Both the position numbers and the translations under genes were made by a program. The notes under the pieces are model-generated. The model was given only the letters and a program-made list of their open reading frames with translations. It was not told the DNA's origin and did not search any database. Shown one piece after another: positions 1 through 13,453 of a stretch of 64,000 nt of DNA. The stretch comes from Macrostomum hystrix (taxonomy: Eukaryota > Animalia > Platyhelminthes), in assembly GCA_950097015.1 (NCBI GenBank), contig CATNEN010000038.1, forward strand, positions 11,346,001-11,410,000, written 5' to 3'. Each line of letters opens with the position of its first letter. The first letter of the stretch is position 1.

Positions 1-1036
1 CAGATTCTCTCTCTAATCCCTTCTCAGATTCTCTCTCTAATCCCTTCTCAGATTCTCTCCCTAATCCCTTCTCAGATTCTCTCCCTAATCCCTTCTCAGA
101 TTCTCTCCCTAATCCCTTCTCAGATTCTTTCTCTAATCCCTTCTCAGATTCTCTCCCTAATCCCTTCTCAGATTCTCTCTCTAATCCCTTCTCAGATTCT
201 TATCCTAATCCCTTTCAGATTCTCTCCCTAATCCCTTCTCAGATTCTCTCTCTAATCCCTTCTCAGATTCTCTCTCTAATCCCTTCTCAGATTCTCTCTC
301 TAATCCCTTCTCAGATTCTCTCTCTAATCCCTTCTCAGATTCTTATCCTAATCCCTTCTCAGATTCTCTCTCTAATCCCTTCTCAGATTCTCTCCCAAAT
401 CCCTTCTCAGATTCTCTCTCTAATCCCTTCTCAGATTCTCTCTCTAATCCCTTCTCAGATTCTTATCCTAATCCCTTCTCAGATTCTCTCTCTAATCCCT
501 TCTCAGATTCTCTCCATAATCCCTTCTCAGATTCTCTCTCTAATCCCTTCTCAGATTCTCTCTCTAATCCCTTCTCAGATTCTCTCTCTAATCCCTTCTC
601 AGATTCTCTCCATAATCCCTTCTCAGATTCTCTCTCTAATCCCTTCTCAGATTCTCTCTCTAATCCCTTCTCAGATTCTCTCCCTAATCCCTTCTCAGAT
701 TCTCTCCCTAATCCCTTCTCAGATTCTCTCTCTAATCCCTTCTCAGATTCTCTCCCTAATCCCTTCTCAGATTCTTTCTCTAATCCCTTCTCAGATTCTC
801 TCCCTAATCCCTTCTCAGATTCTCTCTCTAATCCCTTCTCAGATTCTCTCTCTAATCCCTTCTCAGATTCTCTCCCTAATCCCTTCTCAGATTCTCTCTC
901 TAATCCCTTCTCAGATTCTCTCTCTAATCCCTTCTCAGATTCTTATCCTAATCCCTTCTCAGATTCTCTCTCTAATCCCTTCTCAGATTCTCTCTCTAAT
1001 CCCTTCTCAGATTCTCTCTCTAATTCCTTCTCAGAT
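1..1036. repeat. 24-bp minisatellite (CAGATTCTCTCTCTAATCCCTTCT)n, intronic in the CELF gene
   Basis: Directly visible tandem array, truncated by the window start. Confidence 0.97.
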
Positions 1037-1496
1037 TTGATCCCCAATCACTTTCCAGATTCTCTTCCCGACAAAATCACATAAATTTTTGACCCTACTG
1101 AAAGTAGTCTTTGGGATATATTTTGTTTCTAATTTTGTAAGTGAGATTTTGGCAATATTTGCTAGCTTGATCGTGCTTTTAAACTCGTTTTTAACGCAAT
1201 AATGATACGTAACAAATAAATTTTTAACTAGAAAGAAGTATTTAAGCAACCATCTTTTTTTCTTGTCAAATTAGGAAAATCTATTTAGTGAAATTCAGGA
1301 TCGTGACTGAGTTCTAGCAATCAGTTATTTCTCCTGTTTTTTGTCGACAGAAATTGTTTATTCTGAATCTAGCTGCATGTTCAAAATTATGTTTTATATT
1401 TTATGCATCTTTTTGTGTGGACTTCTACCAACACAGTCACTAAAATAATTATTTTTGTCATCAAAAACTAATCCAAGTTCTACTTCCTATTTTCTG

Positions 1497-2043
1497 ATAG
1501 CCCACTTCCCATCTACAGATATCCCACTTCCCATCTGCAGATATCCCACTTCCCATCTGCAGATACCCCACTTCCCATCTACAGATATCCCACTTCCCAT
1601 CTGCAGATATCCCACTTCCCATCTGCAGATATCCCACTTCTCATCTACAGATATCCCACTTCCCATCTGCAGATATCCCACTTCCCATCTGCAGATATCC
1701 CACTTCCCATCTACATTTATCCCACTTCCCATCTAAAGATATCCCACTTCCCATCTGCAGATATCCCAACTCCCATCTACAGATATCCCACTTCTCATCT
1801 ACATTTATCCCACTTCCCATCTACATTTATCCCACTTCCCATCTACATTTATCCCACTTCCCATCTACATTTATCCCACTTCCCATCTACATTTATCCCA
1901 CTTCCCATCTGCAGATATCCCACTTCCAATCTGCAGATATCTCACTTCCCATCGACATTCACCCCACTTCCCATCGACATTTATTCCACTTCCTATCTGC
2001 AGATATCCCACTTCCCATCTGCAGATATCCCACTTCCCATCTA
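1497..2043. repeat. 22-bp minisatellite (ATCCCACTTCCCATCTGCAGAT)n
   Basis: Directly visible tandem array. Confidence 0.95.
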
Positions 2044-2187
2044 CGAGTACCAATATCCCTCTTGATATAAACATTTATCCCAATTCCTATCTACTGAAGT
2101 CCCTCTACCCCCAACTTCTTCTGTTGATTAAAATCGCAATCCCTAACCAATCACGCTTTCCCGACCAGCAGCTCCGTGCAGTCTCAC

Positions 2188-5100
2188 CTGACTTGGGCTC
2201 AGAATCAACCGGCTTCACCTGAATCGGGCGGGCCATCTGCGAAAAGAAAATTACAGGGTTCAAAAACTAGCCAGGGGATAAATTAGGTAGGACCAACGAA
2301 AATGGGAGGCAGGATTTTTCCCGTCTTTTGGTAATCAGAGAAGTAATTGCCGCCCATTTTATTTCTTCTATCTGTGAAATCCCCTTAACTATCTAGGATT
2401 GGGATACGGGTTTGTGGGCATCTGCAGCAGGGATCAGGGCTGACTTCCGGGGCGACACGGACACTCAAAGGGAGGAGATGCAGTCGCCCGCACCTGCTGC
2501 AATCTTCTGCAGTAGGGAGAAAACAAAACAGACTGTCATTGAATAAAAATATCCCTTATCTCCCCGACCCCCGTGGATCTGGTTTGTTAGAGGCGAAATG
2601 TTAGTGTAGTGGAGGATCAAGTGTTGAGTAGGAGGTGTCCGGCTCAGGAGTGTCAGGCGGGGTAGGGTCAGAGGTGTCAGGCAGGGTAGGGTCAGAGGTG
2701 TCAGGCAGGGTAGGGTCAGAGGTGTCAGGCAGGGTAGGGTCAGAGGTGTCAGGCAGGGTAGAGTCAGAGGTGTCAGGCAGGGTAGGGTCAGAGGTGTCAG
2801 GCAGGGTAGGGTCAGAGGTGTCAGGCAGGGTAGGGTCAGAGGTGTCAGGCAGGGTAGGGTCAGAGGTGTCAGGAAGTAACTGACTTACTCCAGGCAGGGT
2901 GCAGTGGTCATGCAGCAGTGACTGGCACCGTACAGCGCTATCCTTGTTCACGTAGGTCAGAAATGCGCAGCCTACAAAATTTCGTGCGGGTTGGGCAATT
3001 TTAGTCGAGGTGAAGGTGAGATTTTTTGGTACCTGCAGTCTCTATTGTTTTCTCTTTGACTGTCACACCGTCTTATCTGGCCAACACAATGTTACCCCAA
3101 TCTTCTACCTATCTAGCCAATCCTCTGCCTATCTACCCAATCTTCTGCCTATCTACCCAATCTTCTGCCTATCTACCCAATCTTCTGCCTATCTACCCAA
3201 TCTTCTGCCTATCTACCCAATCTTCTGCCTATCTACCCAATCTTTTACCTATCTACCAAATCCTCTGCCTATCTACCCAATCCTCTGCCTATCTACCCAA
3301 TCTTCTGCCTATCTACCCAATCTTCTACCTATCTACCCAATCTTTTACCTATCTACCAAATCCTCTGCCTATCTACCCAATCCTCTGCCTATCTACCCAA
3401 TCCTCTGCCTATCTACCCAATCTTCTACCTATCTATCAAATCCTCTGCCTATCTACCCAATCTTCTGCCTATCTTCCCAATCTTTTACCTATCTACCAAA
3501 TCCTCTACCTATCTACCAAATCCTCTACCTATCTACCCATTCTTCTACCTGTCTACCCAATCTTCTACCTATCTACTCAATCCTGTACCTATCTACCCAA
3601 TCTTCTACCTATCTACCCAATCTTCTACCTATCTACCCAATCTTTTACCTATCTACCTAATCTTCTGCCTGTCTACCCAATCCTCTGCCTATCTACCCAA
3701 TCCTCTGCCTGTCTACCCAATCCTCTGCCTATCTACCCAAGTCGTCTCTCCTGCTTCACTTGTATAATAACTCGCGCTCGGATTTCCAATTAAAAAGATA
3801 CAGTAGTTCCGAAATCGTGACAAGCCACAGAAATAACTATATCACAGAATTTATTTTCCTGTAGGTATATAAAATCGCCATCGAGTAGGGCAGGTGGTTC
3901 GAGGTCTATCCCCACACCGAAAACAAATTTGGGATCACAAGAATAAGGACGGACATGCGGGCAGCGGAGATTGGACTCTTAATTAATGAGCCCATCATGC
4001 CGATTCCCTTGCCCGCCGCGTGTTTGTGTGAAGGCTGAAGAAATGTTGACTGATTTAAAAAAATTGTAATTATCATTTCTGCCTTGCATCAGCGATTAGG
4101 AAACGACAAGAAGAGATTGGTTGGAAATAGGAAGTGAGCTCATGACCCACTCTCGGGCTAAGGTCTAGAAATAATTAAAAAAGCAACACGATCTAGTTCC
4201 TGACAAGCAAGCCTTTGCCGGTCCAATCACAGGAGTCCTTGGTCAATAGTGCCAATAGTTTTCGAATCCTGAAACCCGAATTGATTAAAGAATTAAATAT
4301 TTTAGACTCTTATCCCAAAAAATCCTCAATCCTATCGATAATATAATCAGTCGAGAGCTTATACCGTCGAACCGTAATCCCTCAGAACCCTAGGCCCCAT
4401 CAATCGCTAATCCCATTAATCACAAATCAATCCCTTATCCAAACGATCTATAATCCCTTCAATCCCTAATCCCACCAATCCCTAATCCCTTCAATCCCTA
4501 ATCCCACAAATCCCTAATCCCACAAATCCCTAATCCCTTCAATCCCTAATCCCACAAATCCCTAATCCCACAAATCCCTAATCCCTTCAATCCCTAATCC
4601 CACAAATCCCTAATCACATCAATCCCTAATCATATCAATCCCTAATCACATCAATCCCTAATCCCACCAATCCCTAATCCCTTCAACCCCTAATCCCACA
4701 AATCCCTAATCACATCAATCCCTAATCACATCAATCCCTAATCACATCAATCCCTAATCCCATTGATCCCTAATCCCATCACTCTCTAGTCCCATCAATC
4801 CCTAATCACATTAATCCCTAATCACATCAATTCCTAATGCCACAAATCCCTAATCCCATTGATCCCTAATCCAATTGATCCCTAATCCAATTGATCCCTA
4901 ATCCAATTGATCCATAATCCAATTGATCCCTAATCCAATTGATCCTAATCCCATCACTCTCTAGTACCATCAATCCCTAATCCCATTGATCCCTAATCCC
5001 ATTCTAATCCCATTGATCCCTAATCCCATCAATCCGTAATCCTACCGATTGATAATCCTCTAATAATCCTTGCCCACGTCGACCCCTAATCACATCGAAC

Positions 5101-7342
5101 CCTTTATCCCTTAAAATTTGAATTTTTACGTAGGTAGATGAAACACGTGACTGCAGCTATTTTAAAACAACATTCTAAGCCTGAAATGAAACACTTGCAG
5201 GTTTTTACCAATAGAACAGCGGAGGACCTATCTAATGAGTTTTCGCAGAGGAAGACGGCACTATCGATGACTTCCTGGAAACTATGAGGAGTGCTTGAAA
5301 GCCCCACTCCCCGAGCTCGCTTCTTATAGGAGAAAGTTACCTTTCCTCTAGGGGAAAATGCTTGGCTGAATGCCACTTAATATGGCCAGGTCAGGAATAA
5401 TTAAATTTTACGTGTTAATATAATAATAGATATAGAGCTGACACATGTATGTTCAATAATATACTCGTAGTTTATAGTTTCAGGTCATGCAAATATCAAA
5501 GTGGACTGTTTAAGCCTCGAACGATAAATTGTGAGTATAACTCGATAGAGCCGAGAAAGAAATAGATTCAGATTCAGGTAGATGGAGATTCAGGTAGATG
5601 GAGATTCAGGTAGATGAAGATTCAGGTAGATGGAGATTCAGGTAGATGGAGATTCAGGTAGATGAAGATTCAGGTAGATGAAGATTCAGGTAGATGGAGA
5701 TTCAGGTAGATGAAGATTCAGGTAGATGGAGATTCAGGTAGATGGAGATTCAGGTAGATGAAGATTCAGGTAGATGAAGATTCAGGTAGATGAAGTTTCA
5801 GGTAGATGAAGATTCAGGTAGATGGAGATTCAGGTAGATGAAGTTTCAGGTAGATGGAGATTCAGGTAGATGGAGATTCAGGTAGATGAAGATTCAGGTA
5901 GATGGAGATTCAGGTAGATGGAGATTCTGGTGCATAGAGATTGAGGTAAAAATATTAGGGTAGAGAGAATCAGTTAGATCATATTAAGTGGGATAAATAT
6001 TAAAGTGGGATAGAAATTCAGTTACGTCAGAGACCAAAAGCTTCTAATCCCCTCAGTTCTGATTTGTTGAATAAAATCCCCCTTGTCATCTGTCAAAGCC
6101 GTGCCCCCCGCTAATCCTTCACAATGTGCCAGACCTTTGCAGGGTTACCGAAAATAACACTAAGACTAAATGAATAGAAATCAACAAAACAAAATTTTCT
6201 GTCTACATGTCTACATGTCTAAAATCTCCGGACTGCTATGCGCGATGCTAACGCAATAGCATGCTGGGTACACTCCAATTGTCTGACCTGAGCACGACTG
6301 CTGTGCTCAGTGGGGCCTTCTCAGCCCTCTCTTCACCTGTCTCATCCCAGTCTACATCTCACCCCAGTCTCCATCTCACCCCAGTCTCCATCTCACCCCA
6401 GTCTCCATCTCACCCAGTCTACATCTCACCCAAGTCTACATCTCACCCCAGTCTCCATCTCACCCCAGTCTCCATCTCACCTAGTCTCCATCTCACCCCA
6501 GTCTCCATCTCATCTAGTCTCCATCTCACCCCAGTCTCCATCTCACCTAGTCTCCATCTCACCCCAGTCTCCATCTCACCCCAGTCCCCATCTCACCCCA
6601 GTCTCCATCTCACCCAAGTCTCCATCTCACCCCAGTCTCCATCTCACCTAGTCTCCATCTCACCCCAGTCTCCATCTCACCTAGTCTCCATCTCACCCCA
6701 GTCTCCATCTCACCTAGTCTCCATCTCACCCCAGTCTCCATCTCACCTAGTCTCCATCTCACCCCAGTCTCCATCTCACCTAGTCTCCATCTCACCCCAG
6801 TCTCCATCTCACCTAGTCTCCATCTCACCCCAGTCTCCATCTCACCTAGTCTCCATCTCAACCCAGTCTCCATCTCACCTAGTCTCCATCTCACCCCAGT
6901 CTCCATCTCACCCCAGTCTCCATCTCACCTAGTCTCCATCTCACCTAGTCTCCATCTCACCCCAGTCTCTATCTCACCTAGTCTCCATCTCACCTAGTCT
7001 CCATCTCACCTAGTCTCCATCTCACCTAGTCTCCATCTCACCCCAGTCTCTATCTCACCTAGTCTCCATCTCACCCCAGTCTCCATCTCACCTAGTCTCC
7101 ATCTCACCCCAGTCTCCATCTCACCTAGTCTCCATCTCACCTAGTCTCCATCTCACCCCAGTCTCCATCTCACCCTTGTGCACGCCAGTGTGCCGATCTC
7201 TTAGCACTGTGAGGTTCTGAATTGGTCCGAATTTTTCAAACATTGGCCTGAGACAATCCGCATCCATGCTCCTTGGAATTTGGCCAACGAATAGCTTCAT
7301 GGAGCTCGAAGATGACTGGTGCTGGTGACGATTCGCGAGCAT
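2188..7342 (-). CDS. CELF: CELF/Bruno-like RNA-binding protein (CELF3-6 type), 5' part covering RRM1; the rest presumably lies beyond the window start
   Basis: Exons 7342-7174, 2971-2889 and 2236-2188 have GT-AG ends and matching phases (1, 0, 1). They translate MLANRH...[86 protein letters not shown], the characteristic CELF RRM1. An in-frame ATG at 7540 is an alternative start. Confidence 0.93.
2632..2873. repeat. 24-bp minisatellite (GTCAGGCAGGGTAGGGTCAGAGGT)n in CELF intron 2
   Basis: Directly visible. Confidence 0.95.
3095..3740. repeat. 20-bp minisatellite (TCTTCTGCCTATCTACCCAA)n
   Basis: Directly visible. Confidence 0.96.
4450..5040. repeat. ~17-bp minisatellite (AATCCCTAATCCCACA-like)
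   Basis: Directly visible, degenerate edges. Confidence 0.9.
5571..5930. repeat. 16-bp minisatellite (GATTCAGGTAGATGGA)n
   Basis: Directly visible. Confidence 0.96.
6345..7173. repeat. 16/17-bp minisatellite (CAGTCTCCATCTCACCC)n abutting the CELF intron-1 donor
   Basis: Directly visible; the minus-strand unit contains GGTGAGA. Confidence 0.96.
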
Positions 7343-7560
7343 AGAGTCTAGCTGCGTTTGGAAATGACGGGAAATGAAAATGACTCGTACAAATTGACAG
7401 ATTTCGAGAATCGGTTCTAGAATAATCCTCGGCTTGCTAGCGGGGGTTTGAGCAGGACTCAGACACAGGAGTTCCCTCTTAGCCGCTATTGGTTGGAATA
7501 GAGACAACCCTTTCAGGAAAGAGCTTTGGATTTTATTCATATTCTTAGCTGCTGGTTGGG

Positions 7561-8020
7561 AAGGGATTGTGAATGAATAGTGAAGGGATTGTGAATGAGC
7601 AGTTAAGGGATTGTGAATGAGCAGTGAAGGGATTGTGAATGAGCAGTGAAGGGATTGTGAATGAGCAGTGAAGGGATTGTGAATGAGCAGTGAAGGGATT
7701 GTGAATGAGCAGTGAAGGGATTGTGAATGAGCGGTGAAGGCATTGGGGTGGATAATGGATGGATTATGATTTAATAATGAATAGATTGTCCACCTGTGAA
7801 GAAGGGATTGTAATCGGATAAAGAAGGGATTGTAATCGGATAAAGAATGGATTGTGATTGGATAATGAAGGGATTGGGATTAGAAAATGAAGGGATTGTG
7901 ATTTGAAAATGAAGTGATTTTAATTGCTAATGAAGGATTTGTGATTGGATTATGAATGGATTGTGAGTGATAATGAAAGGATTGTGAATAAACAGTGAAG
8001 GGATTGTGAATGAACAGTGA
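7561..8020. repeat. 22-bp minisatellite (GAAGGGATTGTGAATGAGCAGT)n decaying into degenerate copies
   Basis: Directly visible. Confidence 0.88.
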
Positions 8021-8183
8021 TGTGACTGGATAATTTTGAGATTTTAGATATTTTAGCTATTCCTATTTTTGAGAATTCTAGGATTATCCAATTAAGGGAT
8101 TATTGTAATGTGAGATTATTTCATATTGTCGTGTTTTATTTTAGGCTTATCGAAATCCCATGACATCGGAATCTAAGATTCTT

Positions 8184-8469
8184 AATAATAATAATAATTT
8201 TATACACCTGCCCCAATTGGGCCAGATGTGCAGCCGACAGCACAGCCGCAGCTATTGCGCGGCGCATCTGAAGGCTGCCTACGGCTGTTCAGTCCATGGA
8301 CTGGGACCCACCCACCCTCAATTAACACAGCTAATGCTGCTAACCATTTAACAGCTGGGTGAACTGAAGCAATGCAGACTTTAGTGTCTTGCTAAAGGAG
8401 ACAAATTGTTCAATGGAGTCGGGAATCGAACCCCTGACCTCTGAGTCGTGAGTCCGACGCTCTAACCAC
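8184..8469 (-). mobile_element. tRNA-derived SINE with CORE-like domain, copy 1
   Basis: Minus strand shows A-box TGGTTAGAGC, B-box GGTTCGATTCC, a CORE-like segment and an (ATT)n tail; colinear with the copy at 39511-39819. Confidence 0.88.
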
Positions 8470-8539
8470 GAGAGTAGAATCCAAGATTCTTGGAGCCCTA
8501 GATTATCTGAATCCCATATTATCGGAATCCCTGTTTCTT

Positions 8540-10245
8540 GCAATCCAAGATTAGCGGGATTCTGGATTCTTTGAATCTGGGATTCTTGCAATCTGTGATT
8601 CTTGAAATCTGGGATTCTTGGAATCTGTGATTCTTGGAATCTGTGATTCTTGGAATCTGTGATTCTTGGAATCTGGGATTCTTGGAATCTGTGATTCTTG
8701 GAATCTGTGATTCTTGGAATCTGGGATTCTTGGAATCTGGGATTCTTGGAATCTGGGGTTTTTGGAATCTGGGGTTTTTGGAATCTGGGATTCTAGGAAT
8801 CTGGGGTTTTTGGAACCTGGGATTCTTGGAATATGGGATACTTAGAGGCAAGATTCTTCAAATCTAGGATTGTTGAAATCTGGGATTCTTGGAATCTGGG
8901 ATTCAAGGAATCTGGGATTTTAGGAATCTGGGGTTTTTGGAATCTGGAATTCTAGGAATCTGGGGTTTTTGGTATCTGGGATTCAAGGAATCTGGGATTT
9001 TAGGAATCTGGAGTTTTTGGAACCTGGGATTCTTGGAATATGGGATACTTAGAGGCAAGATTCTTCAAATCTAGGATTGTTGAAATCTGGGATTCTTGGA
9101 ATCTGGGATTCTCGGAATCTGGGATTCTTGAAATCTGGGATTCAAGGAATCTGGGATTTTAGGAATCTGGGGTTTTTGGAATCTGGAATTCTAGGAATCT
9201 GGGGTTTTTGGAATCTGGAATTCTAGGAATCTGGGGTTTTTGGTATCTGGGATTCAAGGAATCTGGGATTTTAGGAATCTGGGGTTTTTGGAATCTGGGA
9301 TTCTAGGAATCTGGGGTTTTTTAAATCTGGAATTCTAGGAATCTGGGATTCTAGGAATCTGGGGTTTTTGAAATCTGGGGTTTTTGGAATCTGGAATTCT
9401 CGGAATCTGGGGTTTTTGGTATCTGTGATTCTTGGAATCTGGGATTCTAGGAATCTGGGGTTTTTGGAATCTGGAATTCTAGGAATCTGGGGTTTTTGGA
9501 ATCTGGAATTCTAGGAATCTGGGGTTTTTGGAATCTGGAATTCTAGGAATCTGGGGTTTTTGGAATCTGGGATTCTAGGAATCTGGGGTTTTTGAAATCT
9601 GGGATTCAAGGAATCCGGGGTTTTTGAAATCTGGGGTTTTTGGAATCTGGAATTCTAGGAATCTGGGGTTTTTGGTATCTGTGATTCTTGGAATCTGGGA
9701 TTCTTGGAATCTGGGATTCTAGGAATCTGGGGTTTTTGGAATCTGGGGTTTTTGGAATCTGGAATTCTAGGAATCTGGGGTTTTTGGTATCTGGGATTCT
9801 AGGAATCTGGGGTTTTTGAAATCTGGGATTCAAGGAATCTGGGGTTTTTGGAATCTGGGATTCTAGGAATCTGGGGTTTTTGAAATCTGGGATTCAAGGA
9901 ATCCGGGGTTTTTGAAATCTGGGGTTTTTGGAATCTGGAATTCTAGGAATCTGGGGTTTTTGGTATCTGTGATTCTTGGAATCTGGGATTCTTGGAATCT
10001 GGGATTCTAGGAATCTGGGGTTTTTGGAATCTGGAATTCTATAGGAATCTGGGGTTTTTGGAATCTGGGGTTTTTGGAATCTGGAATTCTAGGAATCTGG
10101 GGTTTTTGGTATCTGGGATTCTAGGAATCTGGGGTTTTTGAAATCTGGGATTCAAGGAATCCGGGGTTTTTAGAATCTGGGATTCAAGGAATCTGGGATT
10201 TTTGGAACCTGGGATTCTTGGAATATGGGATACTTAGAGGCAAGA
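8540..10245. repeat. ~17-bp minisatellite (GGAATCTGGGATTCTT / GGAATCTGGGGTTTTT)n
   Basis: Directly visible; the marker ATATGGGATACTTAGAGGCAAG occurs three times. Confidence 0.95.
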
Positions 10246-10859
10246 GCTACCGCAAAAGAAGCAGAAGTTAGAGTTTAAGAGAGTATAGCGAAAATGTTCT
10301 ATAAAATTCTGCATGGTGTAGAGAGAATTACCCCTATACGCCCCTCACTTCCGTAAGCCATGAAGTCAGACAATTTAGTTTTTATGTACGTGAGCTACTC
10401 AGGGTCAACATCCTTACTGTACTCATCAATTGTGTTCCCTCTCCTGACTGCATATTCGGGTAATTTCGGAAGCAATATTTTGCTTTGTTTTATTTTCTAC
10501 GTTCTATAGTGGTTTCCGAATTTTTTTTAAGGTTGCCGTTCAATGAGCTCAACTATTGTCAGAGCTGGTTTTAAACGAAGTTTATTGTCATTTCTTTTAA
10601 TTTATCGATCAATTCGTCAAACTACTGGCTTGCTAGGGCCATTATTACTTCTAGCCAAAAGTTAATCAATTAGTCTGTCAATCAACTAATCAAAACACCA
10701 GTCAGGCATCAGCGAATCAATTTATCAGTGAATGGATCTATATGTAAATTGATAAATCAATAAATCATTCAATTAATGAATATGCGAACCAAACATTAAT
10801 CACAAGTAAAACATTATTTAAAAAATAATAAGAATACGTTCGCAGATAAATCACGCTGT

Positions 10860-11100
10860 CAACCAATCGAGATCGAAATCGATCAATCGATCGATCAATA
10901 AAATCATCGATCGATAATTTAATCAATCAATCAATCAGCTCGTCGTTTCAGTACTATCAATAAATCATCAATCAATAAAATTGTCAATCAAAATAGTCAA
11001 TCAATCAATAAATCAATCAATCGGTTAAAAAAATAAATCAAAAAATGGTCAATAAATATAATCAATCAATCAATAAATCAATTTGTCAGTCAATATAACA
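10860..11100. repeat. Degenerate (ATCA)n microsatellite region
   Basis: Runs of ATCAATCAATCA. Confidence 0.6.
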
Positions 11101-11752
11101 TATCAAACTGTCAATGAAGGAATCTGTCAGTCAACGGAAAATCATGTTTTCTATAAATGAAATGATTAAAAAGTCAAACAATAGATGAATCGATTAATCT
11201 ATAAAGTGATAGCTAGACATTGTTTCTCCTGATAAAATATGAATATGAATTGCAGGCGAACCCAAACTGGATGTACAGCCTCGGCCGCCCAACCGAGTTT
11301 CTACCCCAGCTAGGTGTGACTTCAAATTTTAGTTGACGATAATTTCACTTTTTGACCGAGTGAAAAAAATCAATTTTGCGAACAAAATATTTCAGAAGAA
11401 TTTAATCTAACTTACTTCCACTAATCTAGTGGGAGTACTAGCTGAGTATACCTTTTAATTAATTAAATAATATTTCATTTACTCCGCTGTCAAGATTGCT
11501 TCATTTTTCTGTTGCCGGGGGGGGCGTCAGTAAAAGACAGTTTTGATAATCTGCAGCAGCAGGCAATGCACCCTACTAGCTTGTCTGCCTCCCTGTCTAC
11601 TTGCCCGAATTGTGGGACACTCATCAGAACAAAAAATGTCAGATGACAAAAATAAAATGCGCTTTGCTTGCTACTAGGGATAGGACTATTATTTGGTAGG
11701 GGAAGAGTACGCCTTGACCTTATGAATCTCAATCTGCACTCGCACTTTAAAC

Positions 11753-13218
11753 TGATTCACAGTTAGTGATATCTATTGATTCACAGTGAGTGATATCTAT
11801 TGATTCACAGTGACTCACAGTGATTCACAGTTAGTGATATCTATTGATTCACAGTGAATGATATCGATTGATTCACAGTGAGTGATATCTATTGATTCAC
11901 AGTGACTGATATCGATTGATTCACAGTGATTGATATCTATTGATTCACAGTGAGTGATATCTATTGATTCACAGTGAGTGATATCTATTGATTCACAGTG
12001 ATTGATATCTATTGATTCACAGTGAGTGATATCTATTGATTCACAGTGATTGATATCTATTGATTCACAGCGAGTGATATCTATTGATTCACAGTGAATG
12101 ATATCTATTGATTCACAGTGACTGACATCGATTGATTCACAGTGAATGATATCTATTGATTCACAGTGAGTGATATCTATTGATTCACAGTGACTCACAG
12201 TGATTCACAGTTAGTGATATCTATTGATTCACAGTGAATGATATCGATTGATTCACAGTGAGTGATATCTATTGATTCACAGTGACTGATATCGATTGAT
12301 TCACAGTGATTGATATCTATTGATTCACAGTGAGTGATATCTATTGATTCACAGTGAGTGATATCTATTGATTCACAGTGATTGATATCTATTGATTCAC
12401 AGTGAGTGATATCTATTGATTCACAGTGATTGATATCTATTGATTCACAGTGAGTGATATCTATTGATTCACAGTGAATGATATCTATTGATTCACAGTG
12501 ACTGACATCGATTGATTCACAGTGAATGATATCTATTGATTCACAGTGAGTGATATCTATTGATTCACAGTGATTGATATCTATTGATTCACAGTTAGTG
12601 ATATCTATTGATTCACAGTGAGTGATATCTATTGATTCACAGTGAGTGATATCTATTGATTCACAGTGATTGATATCTATTGATTCACAGTGAGTGATAT
12701 CTATTGATTCACAGTGAGTGATATCTATTGATTCACAGTGAGTGATATCTATTGATTCACAGTGAGTGATATCTATTGATTCACAGTGAGTGATATCTAT
12801 TGATTCACAGTGAGTGATATCTATTGATTCACAGTGAGTGATATCTATTGATTCACAGTTAGTGATATCTATTGATTCACAGTGAGTGATATCTATTGAT
12901 TCACAGTGAGTGATATCTATTGATTCACAGTGAGTGATATCTATTGATTCACAGTGAGTGATATCTATTGATTCACAGTTAGTGATATCTATTGATTCAC
13001 AGTGAGTGATATCTATTGATTCACAGTGAGTGATATCTATTGATTCACAGTGAGTGATATCTATTGATTCACAGTGAGTGATATCTATTGATTCACAGTG
13101 AGTGATATCTATTGATTCACAGTGAGTGATATCTATTGATTCACAGTGAGTGATATCTATTGATTCACAGTGAGTGATATCTATCGATTCACAGTGAGTG
13201 ATATCTATTGATTCACGG
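11753..13218. repeat. 24-bp minisatellite (TGATTCACAGTGAGTGATATCTAT)n
   Basis: Directly visible, about 60 units. Confidence 0.97.
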
Positions 13219-13453
13219 TGGCTGATATGTCAAGTGTTTCAAATTTCACTAGCTATCTCCGTTTTACATAAAAGTTAAATAAGTCGCCACGGTGGGTTAA
13301 TATCATGATTAAGTAGCATATTTATTTTCGTAAATCACACGATACACAAAGTGTACTATTAAAAGTAGAAACTCGACAAAAACTGACGACTGCAGTTAGT
13401 TTTTTTTTACGAAACATTGGCTTCCGTCAGTCGCTGAGAGTCATCCGACTCAC

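Noticed and set aside
4450-5040. Interstitial telomere
   Set aside because: CCCTAA occurs once per ~17-bp unit, not as tandem hexamers
8184-8469. Hammerhead ribozyme in the SINEs, as in schistosome repeats
   Set aside because: No CUGANGA/GAAA core with flanking stems was found by eye
11250-11620. Candidate terminal exon(s) of the TBATA-like gene
   Set aside because: In-phase options exist (e.g. ~11619-11490) but the acceptors are weak and cannot be chosen without cDNA
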